Below, one piece after another: positions 15,464-23,473 of a stretch of 39,188 bases of DNA (position 1 is its first letter; each line of letters opens with the position of its first letter). The stretch is taken from positions 1-39,188 of the forward strand of contig JAGHCH010000075.1 in NCBI GenBank assembly GCA_021160575.1. The letters run 5' to 3'. The notes beneath the pieces are model-generated. The model had not been told where the DNA came from, ran no database searches, and saw only the letters and a program-made list of their open reading frames with translations. The DNA is from Thermoproteota archaeon (GTDB lineage: Archaea; Thermoproteota; Methanomethylicia; Methanomethylicales; JAGHCH01). A program made the translations under genes and the position numbers.

Positions 15464-18400
15464 GGGGGTGTAAAGGGTTGAAATCACCTAAATTCATCTC
15501 AACAGCAGCTCTCATGATCCTCATCTTAGCTTCCATGACACCATTAGCGCTAGCCGCCTTCTCAGTATCCACCGACCGCGCCTACTACAAGCCCGGAGAC
15601 TCCATAATAATCTCCATTACTGGCGCAACCCCTAATGACGTGGTAACCTTGCAGATCAACAGCACGCCAACCAACATCCTTTGGGTCTACGAAGTCACCA
15701 CAGACTCCAGTGGAAGCGCTAACGTCACTGTAGTTGCTTCTTGGGACTGGCTGGCCGGAAAGCCAGATGAAAGCTTCACGGTCTACGCAAAAGATCAAGG
15801 AACTCAAACCCTGGCCCTAACAACTTTCGACATTGATGCCCAGCGTCCAGCAGTCTTCATAGCCTATCCACTTCCAGGATCATGCATCAACAACCCCCGC
15901 CCAACCATGGTGGCAACCTACTTTGATAATGTTGGCGTTGATGTCAACAGGGTATTCCTCTTCCTAGACAACGTGAATGTAACTGCTCAAGCTCAACAAA
16001 TTAACGCCACCCACGCTGTCTATACCCCCTCAGCTGACCTACCCGAGGGTGTTCACAACTTCACTATAGTGGTATTCGACCTTGCTGGAAACATGAATTC
16101 CACTTTCTCCATTTTCACCATAGACTACACCGCCCCTGAGTTCTACAACTTCACCCCCGCCAACAACACCTTGATAGCCAATGCTCAGCCACTCATAGCT
16201 GTCAACTTCACTGACAACACTGGAATCAATTACACCAGCATCATCATGTGGCTCAACGGCACCGACGTAACTGCTCAAGCTAACATCTATGCGGGAGGAA
16301 TAGCCTACACGCCTCCAGCCCCGCTGGCTGAAAGAATCTGGAATGCTTGTGTCTATCTTGAGGACATAGCTGGCAACGAGAACTCCACCTTCTGGCTCTT
16401 CACAGTCGACATCACTCCTCCACTAGCCTCCAACTTCAAGCCAGCTAACGGCTCTACCATCTCCAACACCAAGCCGTTGATAGCCGCCAACTACACCGAT
16501 CTTCACGATGTGAACACTTCTGCAGTAAGGCTATACCTCAATGGCAAGGATGTAACCTTGAAGGCAACGGTGAAGCCAACCTACATCGCCTATAGACCAG
16601 CCGCCGACTTACCAGAGAAGAAGCACACGGTGGTCCTCTACATTGAAGACATGGCTGGCAACGGTAAGAACTACACATGGAGCTTCACCATAAGCATCCC
16701 AGCTCCACCACCGCCGCCAGATACCGAACCCCCAGAAATATACAACCTCAGACCAGCTCCTGGCTCCACAGTTTCAACAGCTACTCCAACTATCTCAGCC
16801 AGCTACAGAGACAATGTGGCAATTGACGTTGATTCGGTGAGGATATACGTGGATGGAGTCGACGTGACTGCTGAAGCCACCGTAACCGCCTCCTCCGTAA
16901 CCTACGTGCCTCCAGCTCCTCTCAGCGAGGGCATGCACACCGTCCGCGTAAAGGTGGCCGACACCTCTGGCAACACCAACGAGCGTGAATGGTGGTTCAA
17001 CGTCAAACTGCCAGACACCACGCCCCCCACAATAGTGAGCGTCACACCACCAGATGGGGCAACGGTGTCCACGGCAACTCCAACTATCTCTGCGTCATAC
17101 ACTGATGACACGGGCATTGATGTAAACTCTGTGAGGCTCTACGTAGACGGAGTTGACGTAACTAGCGAAGCCACGGTTACTGCATCCTCAGTAACCTATA
17201 CGCCGACAACACTCTTCGCCAACAACACAGGCCACACAGCCAGAGTGGAGGTAGCAGACCTAGCTGGCAACACCGCTGAGAGGGAGTGGAGCTTTACTGT
17301 AAGGTTGCCTCCAGCACCTCCAGCCGTTGAGCTAGCCTCACTAACTCTCTCCTGCGAGGCCACTGAGATATCTCCAGGAGACCCAGTAACCCTCACTCTA
17401 CTGGCCCTAGACACCACTGGCTCTGGCATGCCCGGGGTCACCGCCCACATCTACATAGACGACATCTACTACACAACCGTTGGGCCTACAAATGAACATG
17501 GCGAAGTCACCTTAACCATACCCGCTGGAGTGCTCGTCGAGGTTGGCACCCACACGATCTATGCGGCTGCCGAGGGAATCACCTCCAACACGGTCACAAT
17601 AGAAGTGCTCTCAATAGCTCCTCCACCAGTAAACTTCACCACAAGCTTACCAGCTATGGCCAATGTGTCGCTGCCAGCCGAGATAGTGGAGCAGGTGAAG
17701 GTGCTTAGAAGCATGATGGTCTACTCTGAGCAAGCCGTAGAGTCGGTCACCATCTCCACGGAGTTCCTGCCACTAGCCCCACCGGATGTGACTCCTCCTG
17801 AGGGAGTGGTCTACGCCCACTTCAAGATCTGCACCATACCCAAACTGGACTTCCCGGTCACCGCATATCTTGAGGTTAAGGTCTCCAAGGCATGGATCCG
17901 CTCACACAGCATAGCCCTCGACTCCATAACTATGATGGCTTATATCAACGAGTCCTGGCAGTCCATATCCATGAACCTCATAGGCGAAGACGACCACTTC
18001 TACTACTTCTCAGTAGTAGTTGAAATTCGCACCCTCTTCTCCATAGTAGGCACAGCAGTTACCGACACCGAGCCTCCAACCATCTATGACCTCCAGCCAG
18101 CTCCTGACGCCACGGTAACCGAGGTCACCCCAACCATCTCAGCTAAGTATAATGACAACACCGGAATAGACATCGGCTCAGTTAAGATCTACGTCGACGG
18201 TGTAGATGTAACTGCAAACGTCACCATAACAGCCAGCCAAGTCACCTACACGCCAGCAAAGCCCCTCACCGCTGGAGTACACACAGTCAAGGTAACGGTA
18301 GCCGACATCTACGGCAACAAAGCAGAGAGGGAGTGGAGCTTCACCATAGTACCGCCAGATACCGAGCCTCCAGAGATCTACGACCTTCATCCAGCTCCAG

Positions 18401-18738
18401 ACTCAGAAATCACAGAAACCAAGCCCACCATCTCAGCCAAGTATAGAGATCCCTCAGGCATTAGTGTGAACTCAGTTAAACTCTACGTCGATGGTGTAGA
18501 TGTAACCTCCAAGGCAGCAGTCACCGAGTCGCAGGTAACCTACACACCCGAGAAAGACCTCAGCACAGGCTCTCACACAGTCAAGGTAACGGTAGCCGAC
18601 ATCTACGGCAACAAAGCAGAGAGGGAGTGGAGCTTCACCATCACAGCTCCATTCCCGTGGCCTCTCGTAATCGCCATAATAATCGTAGTAGTAGTGATTA
18701 TAGCAGCCGCCGTCTACTACGCTAAGACCCGCCGCTAG
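15460..18738 (+). CDS. Large cell-surface glycoprotein: Sec signal, 7 Ig-like (SbsA/Big-type) repeats, a PGF-pre-PGF-like domain and a C-terminal TM anchor
   Basis: 1092 aa. The signal peptide is ...LILASMTPLALA/AFSV. Seven repeats of about 98 aa follow the pattern P.pgs.v....PtIsAsY.D..GIdv.SV.lYVDGVDVT..A.vt.s.VtYtP...L..G.HtV.V.VaD..GN..EReWsFt. The central segment (VYAHFKI...KAWI...ITMMAYINESWQSI...YYFSVVV..FSIVG) resembles the archaeal PGF-pre-PGF domain. The C-terminus is WPLVIAIIIVVVVIIAAAVYYAKTRR. Confidence 0.9.
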   Translation: MRGCKGLKSPKFISTAALMILILASMTPLALAAFSVSTDRAYYKPGDSIIISITGATPNDVVTLQINSTPTNILWVYEVTTDSSGSANVTVVASWDWLAGKPDESFTVYAKDQGTQTLALTTFDIDAQRPAVFIAYPLPGSCINNPRPTMVATYFDNVGVDVNRVFLFLDNVNVTAQAQQINATHAVYTPSADLPEGVHNFTIVVFDLAGNMNSTFSIFTIDYTAPEFYNFTPANNTLIANAQPLIAVNFTDNTGINYTSIIMWLNGTDVTAQANIYAGGIAYTPPAPLAERIWNACVYLEDIAGNENSTFWLFTVDITPPLASNFKPANGSTISNTKPLIAANYTDLHDVNTSAVRLYLNGKDVTLKATVKPTYIAYRPAADLPEKKHTVVLYIEDMAGNGKNYTWSFTISIPAPPPPPDTEPPEIYNLRPAPGSTVSTATPTISASYRDNVAIDVDSVRIYVDGVDVTAEATVTASSVTYVPPAPLSEGMHTVRVKVADTSGNTNEREWWFNVKLPDTTPPTIVSVTPPDGATVSTATPTISASYTDDTGIDVNSVRLYVDGVDVTSEATVTASSVTYTPTTLFANNTGHTARVEVADLAGNTAEREWSFTVRLPPAPPAVELASLTLSCEATEISPGDPVTLTLLALDTTGSGMPGVTAHIYIDDIYYTTVGPTNEHGEVTLTIPAGVLVEVGTHTIYAAAEGITSNTVTIEVLSIAPPPVNFTTSLPAMANVSLPAEIVEQVKVLRSMMVYSEQAVESVTISTEFLPLAPPDVTPPEGVVYAHFKICTIPKLDFPVTAYLEVKVSKAWIRSHSIALDSITMMAYINESWQSISMNLIGEDDHFYYFSVVVEIRTLFSIVGTAVTDTEPPTIYDLQPAPDATVTEVTPTISAKYNDNTGIDIGSVKIYVDGVDVTANVTITASQVTYTPAKPLTAGVHTVKVTVADIYGNKAEREWSFTIVPPDTEPPEIYDLHPAPDSEITETKPTISAKYRDPSGISVNSVKLYVDGVDVTSKAAVTESQVTYTPEKDLSTGSHTVKVTVADIYGNKAEREWSFTITAPFPWPLVIAIIIVVVVIIAAAVYYAKTRR
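15838..17310 (+). repeat. Five tandem coding repeats of about 294 nt (Ig-like modules R1-R5)
   Basis: Periodicity is visible in the translation: R1 AQRPAVFIAYPLPG..., R2 YTAPEFYNFTPANN..., R3 ITPPLASNFKPANG..., R4 DTEPPEIYNLRPAPG..., R5 DTTPPTIVSVTPPDG... Confidence 0.85.
18061..18651 (+). repeat. Two tandem 294-nt coding repeats (Ig-like modules R6-R7) containing a perfect 68-nt duplicate
   Basis: 18280-18347 and 18574-18641 are identical (cacacagtcaaggtaacggtagccgacatctacggcaacaaagcagagagggagtggagcttcaccat). The offset is exactly 294 nt. The rest of the two modules differs at many positions. Confidence 0.9.
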
Positions 18739-18756
18739 CCTTCAACATCCACAAAC

Positions 18757-18779
18757 CTTTTTCTTCTCTTCTTCCTTTC
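18757..18779 (+). terminator. Pyrimidine/oligo-T tract after the surface-protein gene
   Basis: ctttttcttctcttcttcctttc starts 19 nt after the stop and contains a T5 run at 18758-18762. Archaeal termination typically uses oligo-T. Confidence 0.35.
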
Positions 18780-18810
18780 AACTATAACTGGAAGAGGTGC
18801 GGAGCCCTCC

Positions 18811-19206
18811 ATGCCTCCCCTCTGTGAAATCTGTAGAGAACGTCCAGCCCAATACGTCTGCCAAAACTGCGGAGCGAGAGTCTGCGCAGAGTGCATAGAC
18901 CCCCACACCGGGCTCTGTTCCTACTGCCAGCCTAAAGCCACTACGCCAGCGCCAATAGCCACAGGCCTCCCCCTAGGCCTCAAAGTAATCTTCCTAGGAA
19001 TAGCCATGATCTTCATAGGCTTCCTCCTACTTTTCGCCTCAGCCCTTCTCTCCCCCGGAACTCAAGGCTCCGTCAGCGGAGGCGCTATAGTCTTCATAGG
19101 CCCCTTCCCCATAGCCTTTGGCTTTGGCCCCTATGCTCCCACACTCCTAGCCGTAGGTCTCTTAATCGCCACGCTGCTCTTCTTCTTGGCTTTCCGAAGA
19201 CACTAG
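18811..19206 (+). CDS. Zinc-ribbon (4x CxxC) plus 3-TM membrane protein, C-terminal part DUF131-like
   Basis: 131 aa. The N-terminus is CEICRERPAQYVCQNCGARVCAECIDPHTGLCSYC (8 Cys). Hydrophobic segments follow, and GGAIVFIGPFPIAFGFGP is the motif I associate with the archaeal DUF131/TIGR00304 family. Confidence 0.7.
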   Translation: MPPLCEICRERPAQYVCQNCGARVCAECIDPHTGLCSYCQPKATTPAPIATGLPLGLKVIFLGIAMIFIGFLLLFASALLSPGTQGSVSGGAIVFIGPFPIAFGFGPYAPTLLAVGLLIATLLFFLAFRRH

Positions 19207-19256
19207 CCCTCCTCCTTACGTTAGAGTAAAAGCTTATATTGCAGAAATTCTTCTTT

Positions 19257-19282
19257 GAGGTATACCTCAATAAGGTATACCT
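19257..19282. promoter_or_regulatory. Two palindromic operator-like sites (GAGGTATACCTC and AGGTATACCT) upstream of padR
   Basis: A perfect 12-bp palindrome sits at 19257-19268 and a perfect 10-bp palindrome with the same core at 19273-19282, centres 15 bp apart. They lie between the TATA-like cttatatt (19233-19240) and ATG 19293, so they would cover the expected transcription start. Confidence 0.55.
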
Positions 19283-19292
19283 CGTGGTGGCT

Positions 19293-19661
19293 ATGCGTCA
19301 GCTTTTCAACTTGTGGAAAATCGGATTAAAGAAGGGTCTCCTTGGAGTGTTCATCCTTCTACTCCTTCGAGAGAAACCTATGCATGGCTTTGAGCTGGCA
19401 AAGGAGATAGAGCGAGTGACTGGTGGAATGCTGAAGGTTAAACCCAAAGTTCTGTACCCTATCCTCCAGCGCATGGTGTTGTTCCACCTCGTTGATAGGG
19501 TTAGGGAGAGGTCTCCTGTAGGTCCTCCCCGCTACATCTACAAGCTGACGAGAGATGGCGAGCTATTCTTGAGGGAGATTATCCACTACTACACCCCCAT
19601 TGTTAGAGCGCTGATCAAGCTGGCTAGGCAGACTGCAAGGGCGCCGGAGGAATCGAAGTAA
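19293..19661 (+). CDS. PadR-family transcriptional regulator
   Basis: LLGVFILLLLREKPMHGFELAKEIERVTGGMLKVKPKVLYPILQRMVLFHLV...RYIYKLTRDGELFL is the PadR wHTH pattern. The ORF track starts at TTG 19239, but that extension covers the TATA and operators. The stop overlaps the MMPL ATG (TAATG). Confidence 0.85.
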   Translation: MRQLFNLWKIGLKKGLLGVFILLLLREKPMHGFELAKEIERVTGGMLKVKPKVLYPILQRMVLFHLVDRVRERSPVGPPRYIYKLTRDGELFLREIIHYYTPIVRALIKLARQTARAPEESK

Positions 19662-22600
19662 TGGTGTTTAAGGGGCTAGCCAACCTGGTCACCAAGCGAT
19701 ACAAGCTCATCATAGCTGCATGGATCATAGCAGCTATCATTTTGATACCCTATGGGTTTAAGCTTGAATCCATCACAACCTATGAGGTCAAAGCTCCAGC
19801 CCACATGGAATCGGTACTCGCCGAGAATCTCATCAAAGAATCCTTTACCAACTTCCCAAATGGCAGCTTAATAATTGTCGTGGAAGCCGACAACGTGACT
19901 TCCCCGCATGTAGCCTCCCTAATCATCAAGCTCAATGAGACGCTGCGCACTCTGGAGCCTGTGAATAACGTTTCTTCCATCTATGACCTTGAAAAGAGGT
20001 TGCTCAAGCAGCTCTTCTCCGAAGACACGCTAGACGCTTTAAGCAAGGTTAAGGAGAACATCACCGACTTAAGCGAACAGCTACACGATCTCTACGGCAT
20101 AGTTGAAAATGCAAGTCAGAGGCTTTACGAAGCCATAGACTACGTCAATGAGTCTAACCAAGCCCTCTACAACCTCACCGAGCTAGCTGAGAACCTCACC
20201 GACGCCCTCCATGAAGCCAAGGAGATGGTCTTCGACGCCTATCACTCTTTAAAGCAGCTTGAGGGCGGCGTCTCTGGAATGGGCTGCATGGTCTACGGCG
20301 TCCCCAGCCTCTATGTCAAGATATGGCTCCAGTACAACTCCACCCTAGGCAAAATACTTCCAGTTACAGTTATCAATGCTATGGCCAACGCCACTCTATA
20401 CAATGTCACTAACAACTTCCAAGGAAACCTCCTCGCTAAATCCTTCTACGACCTCTTCTACATCGAGTGGAATCAAAGCTTCTCCACGCAGCCAGCTCTC
20501 GACCCCTATGCAAGGGCTAAAAGCGCCATAGATTCAGCAGCTCTCAAAATGCTCGCCCAGCTAACCAGCCCCAAAACCAAGTTCCTCTTTAGCGCTGTAT
20601 GGCGAAGCCTCAGCTTCACCACATGGAACTCGACATGGGCCATCAAGCAGCTCACCTACAAGATAGCCTCTCAAAGAATTCCCCCAGCCTACCGAGACAC
20701 TATAAGAGAGGTCTACTTTAAGAACGGAAACCCCCTCGTAGTCAAACTATGCCTAGTCAAAGGCTTCGCCGATGAGATCTGCGAGGAATACCCAGACTTT
20801 AACAGAAGCTCGGTAGAGCAGCTCCTCCTTGACCTCTACGACTTGAAGGAAAACGAAAGCGTGGTGCCTGCAGTTATTTCCTTCATGAAGTCGCAGATAA
20901 ACGAGACAATGGCTCAAGACCTCGAAGACTATCTAAACATGACTGTCGAGGAGTTCCTTTGGGAAGTCTACGAACTCGGAGAGAATCCGCCTCTCACCAA
21001 GATGGTCTCTCTAGTGGTAAATTCCTCCTCTAATGCAATACCGGAAGATGATAGAGAGCAGCTTGAAGAGTACTTGAACATGACTGTCGAGGAGTTCCTT
21101 TGGGAAGTCTATGATCTTGGAGAAACTCCATCACCACGTGCAATTCAATCATTCATAGTGAACTTTTCCTCCAAGGCCCTTTCAGAAGATGAGCGGGAAG
21201 ACCTTGAAGACTTCTTCAATATGACCGTAGAGCAACTCCTCTGGAAGATCTTCAGCTTAGGCTATCCTCCAAATGAAGCCGAGTTAGAGGGCTTCATCGT
21301 AGATACTCTGACGAACGCCTTCAAGGAAAACCTCACCTCCCCCTTCTTAGAAGTGAACACGGCATCGCTTAAGAAACATCTTCACCAGCTCTATAAGATC
21401 TCCGGCAACGGCTCACAAGGCATTCTACGCCAACTGCTCGAGCAAACCCTCCTCCAAGAAACTTTCCACAGCTACCCCATAGCACCTTCAGAAGACATCC
21501 TCCACAAGTTCATCAGCAAGGATGACCGCATCCTCATCGTCAACGTGAACCTCAAGTACGATGCCGGAAGCTATGAAGCTCGAAAAGCCACAGAGCAAGT
21601 TAGGCAGCTCCTCGCTTCTCTCGACAACCAAGAATCCAGCGTCAAGTTCTATGTAACTGGAACACCAGCCTTCAACCACGATAGCTCTGTGGAGCTGAAG
21701 CGGGATATCTCAAGAATAGATCCAACGCTGATCTTCATGGCGCTAGTGCTGGTAGGTCTCTACTTCTCCTCCTTCACAGCTCCTCTCCTACCAGTGCTCA
21801 TCATAGGCTTAGCCGTACTCATGGCTCAGGGAGTCCTCTTCTTCGTGGGGCAAGTGATTCCCATCTACTATGCCACACGCCTCCTAGTGCCAGTCACCAG
21901 CCTAGGAGCTGGGGTGGACTTCTCCATCTTCATCATGTCCCGCTACCTAGAAGAGAGGCGTAAAGGTATGGATAAGAGGAGCTCAGTCTTCACAGCCATC
22001 CAGTGGGCTGGCGAGAGCGTCGCTACAAGCGGGGGGACCACTATCTCAGCCTTCGGGGCATTAGCTCTCTCCCAGCTATCCTCGGTCAGCTCCATAGGGC
22101 TGGGCGTGATGCTCGGCATCGGCATGGTGCTGCTGGCTTCTCTTACGCTCACCCCCTCTATTCTCATGCTACTCGGAGATAGATGCTTCATCGGAGCCAA
22201 AATCCGCAGAAGACCATCCGCTGCACCGAAGCCGAGCAGAACTGCCAGATACTTCGCGCATGCAGCTAGAATTACCAGAAGGCATGCTAAGGCGATAATA
22301 GCCGTCTCTCTGATCATCGCTATAGCTTGTTCATGCGTAGTGGCCACCATGGAAACCTCTAACGACATCATCGCTGATCTCCCTCCATCTGAGAGCAAGC
22401 AAGCCTTCGAAGTAGCCTCCACCTACTTCCCACCAGGTGAGCTCTTTCCAACCTATGTGGTAGCCCAGCTGCCCGCCAAGATAGCCACCCCAAAGGGATT
22501 CAACAACACCGCTCTACGTCAAGTCGAGCAGTTCTCAAAGATGCTGGAATCCATACCCGGAGTAGTTAAGGTGGAATCTCTGGTCCAGCCCTACGGTAAG

Positions 22601-23473
22601 CCCATCAACTACACAGAGCCCGACGAAGTCACAGAGAAGCTGATGAAAAGCTACCTAGGCAAGGATAATTCCACCGTGCTCTTTCAAGTAATCCTAGGCT
22701 ACGAACCCTTCAGTGAGGATGCCCTTCAAACGGCGAAGCTTATCCGTGAAAAGATTAGCAGCTTCAAGGAGCAACTGCCCCTCTTCAAGGAGGCGGAAGT
22801 GCTAGTAGGGGGGAGCTCCGCTGGTGCTCTCGACACCGAGGCCTTTGCTTGGAATGAGTTCCTACACCTAGCAGCCTTTGTCATAGTAGCAATCTTCATC
22901 ATTCTCTCCATAGTTCTCAACTCCATACTCACGCCGCTGAGGCTCATCGCAACCATCGTCTTCGGAGTCTTCTGGAGCCTAGCCATCACCACCCTACTCT
23001 TCCAGAAGGCTTTAGGAGTCCCCATCTTCTTCTTGGTGCCCATGATTCTCTTCATAGCAATGACTGGGCTAGGCATAGACTACGACATCTTCCTGGTAAC
23101 ACGTGCGCGTGAGGAGGTGATTAAGGGGAAGAGTGATGAAGATGCTATCTCCGAAGCTTTGGTGCACACTGGTGGAATCATCACCGCCTGTGGAGTAGTG
23201 ATGGCTGGCTCCCTAGGCTCCTTGATGCTCTCCACTTCTCCAATGCTCTATGTGATGGGCTTCGCCCTAGCGCTATCAGTGCTCTTCGACACCTTCATCA
23301 TTAGAACCTACTTGGTGCCAGCGGTCATGCTGATGCTCAAGAAGTACAACTGGTGGGCTCCCTGGAGGCTTCGCAAGATGACTCCTCTAGTAGAAGCTAT
23401 AGAGCAGAAAGAGCAAAGCATAGCACGCCAAGGGGGTCAAAGTCCAGAAGATCACAAGTTTCATCAGCTCTAA
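19661..23473 (+). CDS. MMPL/RND-superfamily exporter with a very large N-glycosylation-sequon-rich ectodomain
   Basis: 1270 aa. TM1 is followed by about 650 aa with no hydrophobic segments, then a TM bundle with GAGVDFSIFIMSRYLEERRKG. A second loop of about 200 aa is followed by a second bundle with GLGIDYDIFLVTRAREEV (the duplicated MMPL/RND signature). An SD ggagga lies 10 nt upstream. Confidence 0.9.
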   Translation: MVFKGLANLVTKRYKLIIAAWIIAAIILIPYGFKLESITTYEVKAPAHMESVLAENLIKESFTNFPNGSLIIVVEADNVTSPHVASLIIKLNETLRTLEPVNNVSSIYDLEKRLLKQLFSEDTLDALSKVKENITDLSEQLHDLYGIVENASQRLYEAIDYVNESNQALYNLTELAENLTDALHEAKEMVFDAYHSLKQLEGGVSGMGCMVYGVPSLYVKIWLQYNSTLGKILPVTVINAMANATLYNVTNNFQGNLLAKSFYDLFYIEWNQSFSTQPALDPYARAKSAIDSAALKMLAQLTSPKTKFLFSAVWRSLSFTTWNSTWAIKQLTYKIASQRIPPAYRDTIREVYFKNGNPLVVKLCLVKGFADEICEEYPDFNRSSVEQLLLDLYDLKENESVVPAVISFMKSQINETMAQDLEDYLNMTVEEFLWEVYELGENPPLTKMVSLVVNSSSNAIPEDDREQLEEYLNMTVEEFLWEVYDLGETPSPRAIQSFIVNFSSKALSEDEREDLEDFFNMTVEQLLWKIFSLGYPPNEAELEGFIVDTLTNAFKENLTSPFLEVNTASLKKHLHQLYKISGNGSQGILRQLLEQTLLQETFHSYPIAPSEDILHKFISKDDRILIVNVNLKYDAGSYEARKATEQVRQLLASLDNQESSVKFYVTGTPAFNHDSSVELKRDISRIDPTLIFMALVLVGLYFSSFTAPLLPVLIIGLAVLMAQGVLFFVGQVIPIYYATRLLVPVTSLGAGVDFSIFIMSRYLEERRKGMDKRSSVFTAIQWAGESVATSGGTTISAFGALALSQLSSVSSIGLGVMLGIGMVLLASLTLTPSILMLLGDRCFIGAKIRRRPSAAPKPSRTARYFAHAARITRRHAKAIIAVSLIIAIACSCVVATMETSNDIIADLPPSESKQAFEVASTYFPPGELFPTYVVAQLPAKIATPKGFNNTALRQVEQFSKMLESIPGVVKVESLVQPYGKPINYTEPDEVTEKLMKSYLGKDNSTVLFQVILGYEPFSEDALQTAKLIREKISSFKEQLPLFKEAEVLVGGSSAGALDTEAFAWNEFLHLAAFVIVAIFIILSIVLNSILTPLRLIATIVFGVFWSLAITTLLFQKALGVPIFFLVPMILFIAMTGLGIDYDIFLVTRAREEVIKGKSDEDAISEALVHTGGIITACGVVMAGSLGSLMLSTSPMLYVMGFALALSVLFDTFIIRTYLVPAVMLMLKKYNWWAPWRLRKMTPLVEAIEQKEQSIARQGGQSPEDHKFHQL
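20921..21343 (+). repeat. Three tandem 141-nt (47-aa) coding repeats in the MMPL ectodomain
   Basis: The units are LEDYLNMTVEEFLWEVYELGENPP..., LEEYLNMTVEEFLWEVYDLGETPS... and LEDFFNMTVEQLLWKIFSLGYPPN... A 35-nt perfect match (aacatgactgtcgaggagttcctttgggaagtcta) occurs at 20936 and 21077. Confidence 0.9.
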
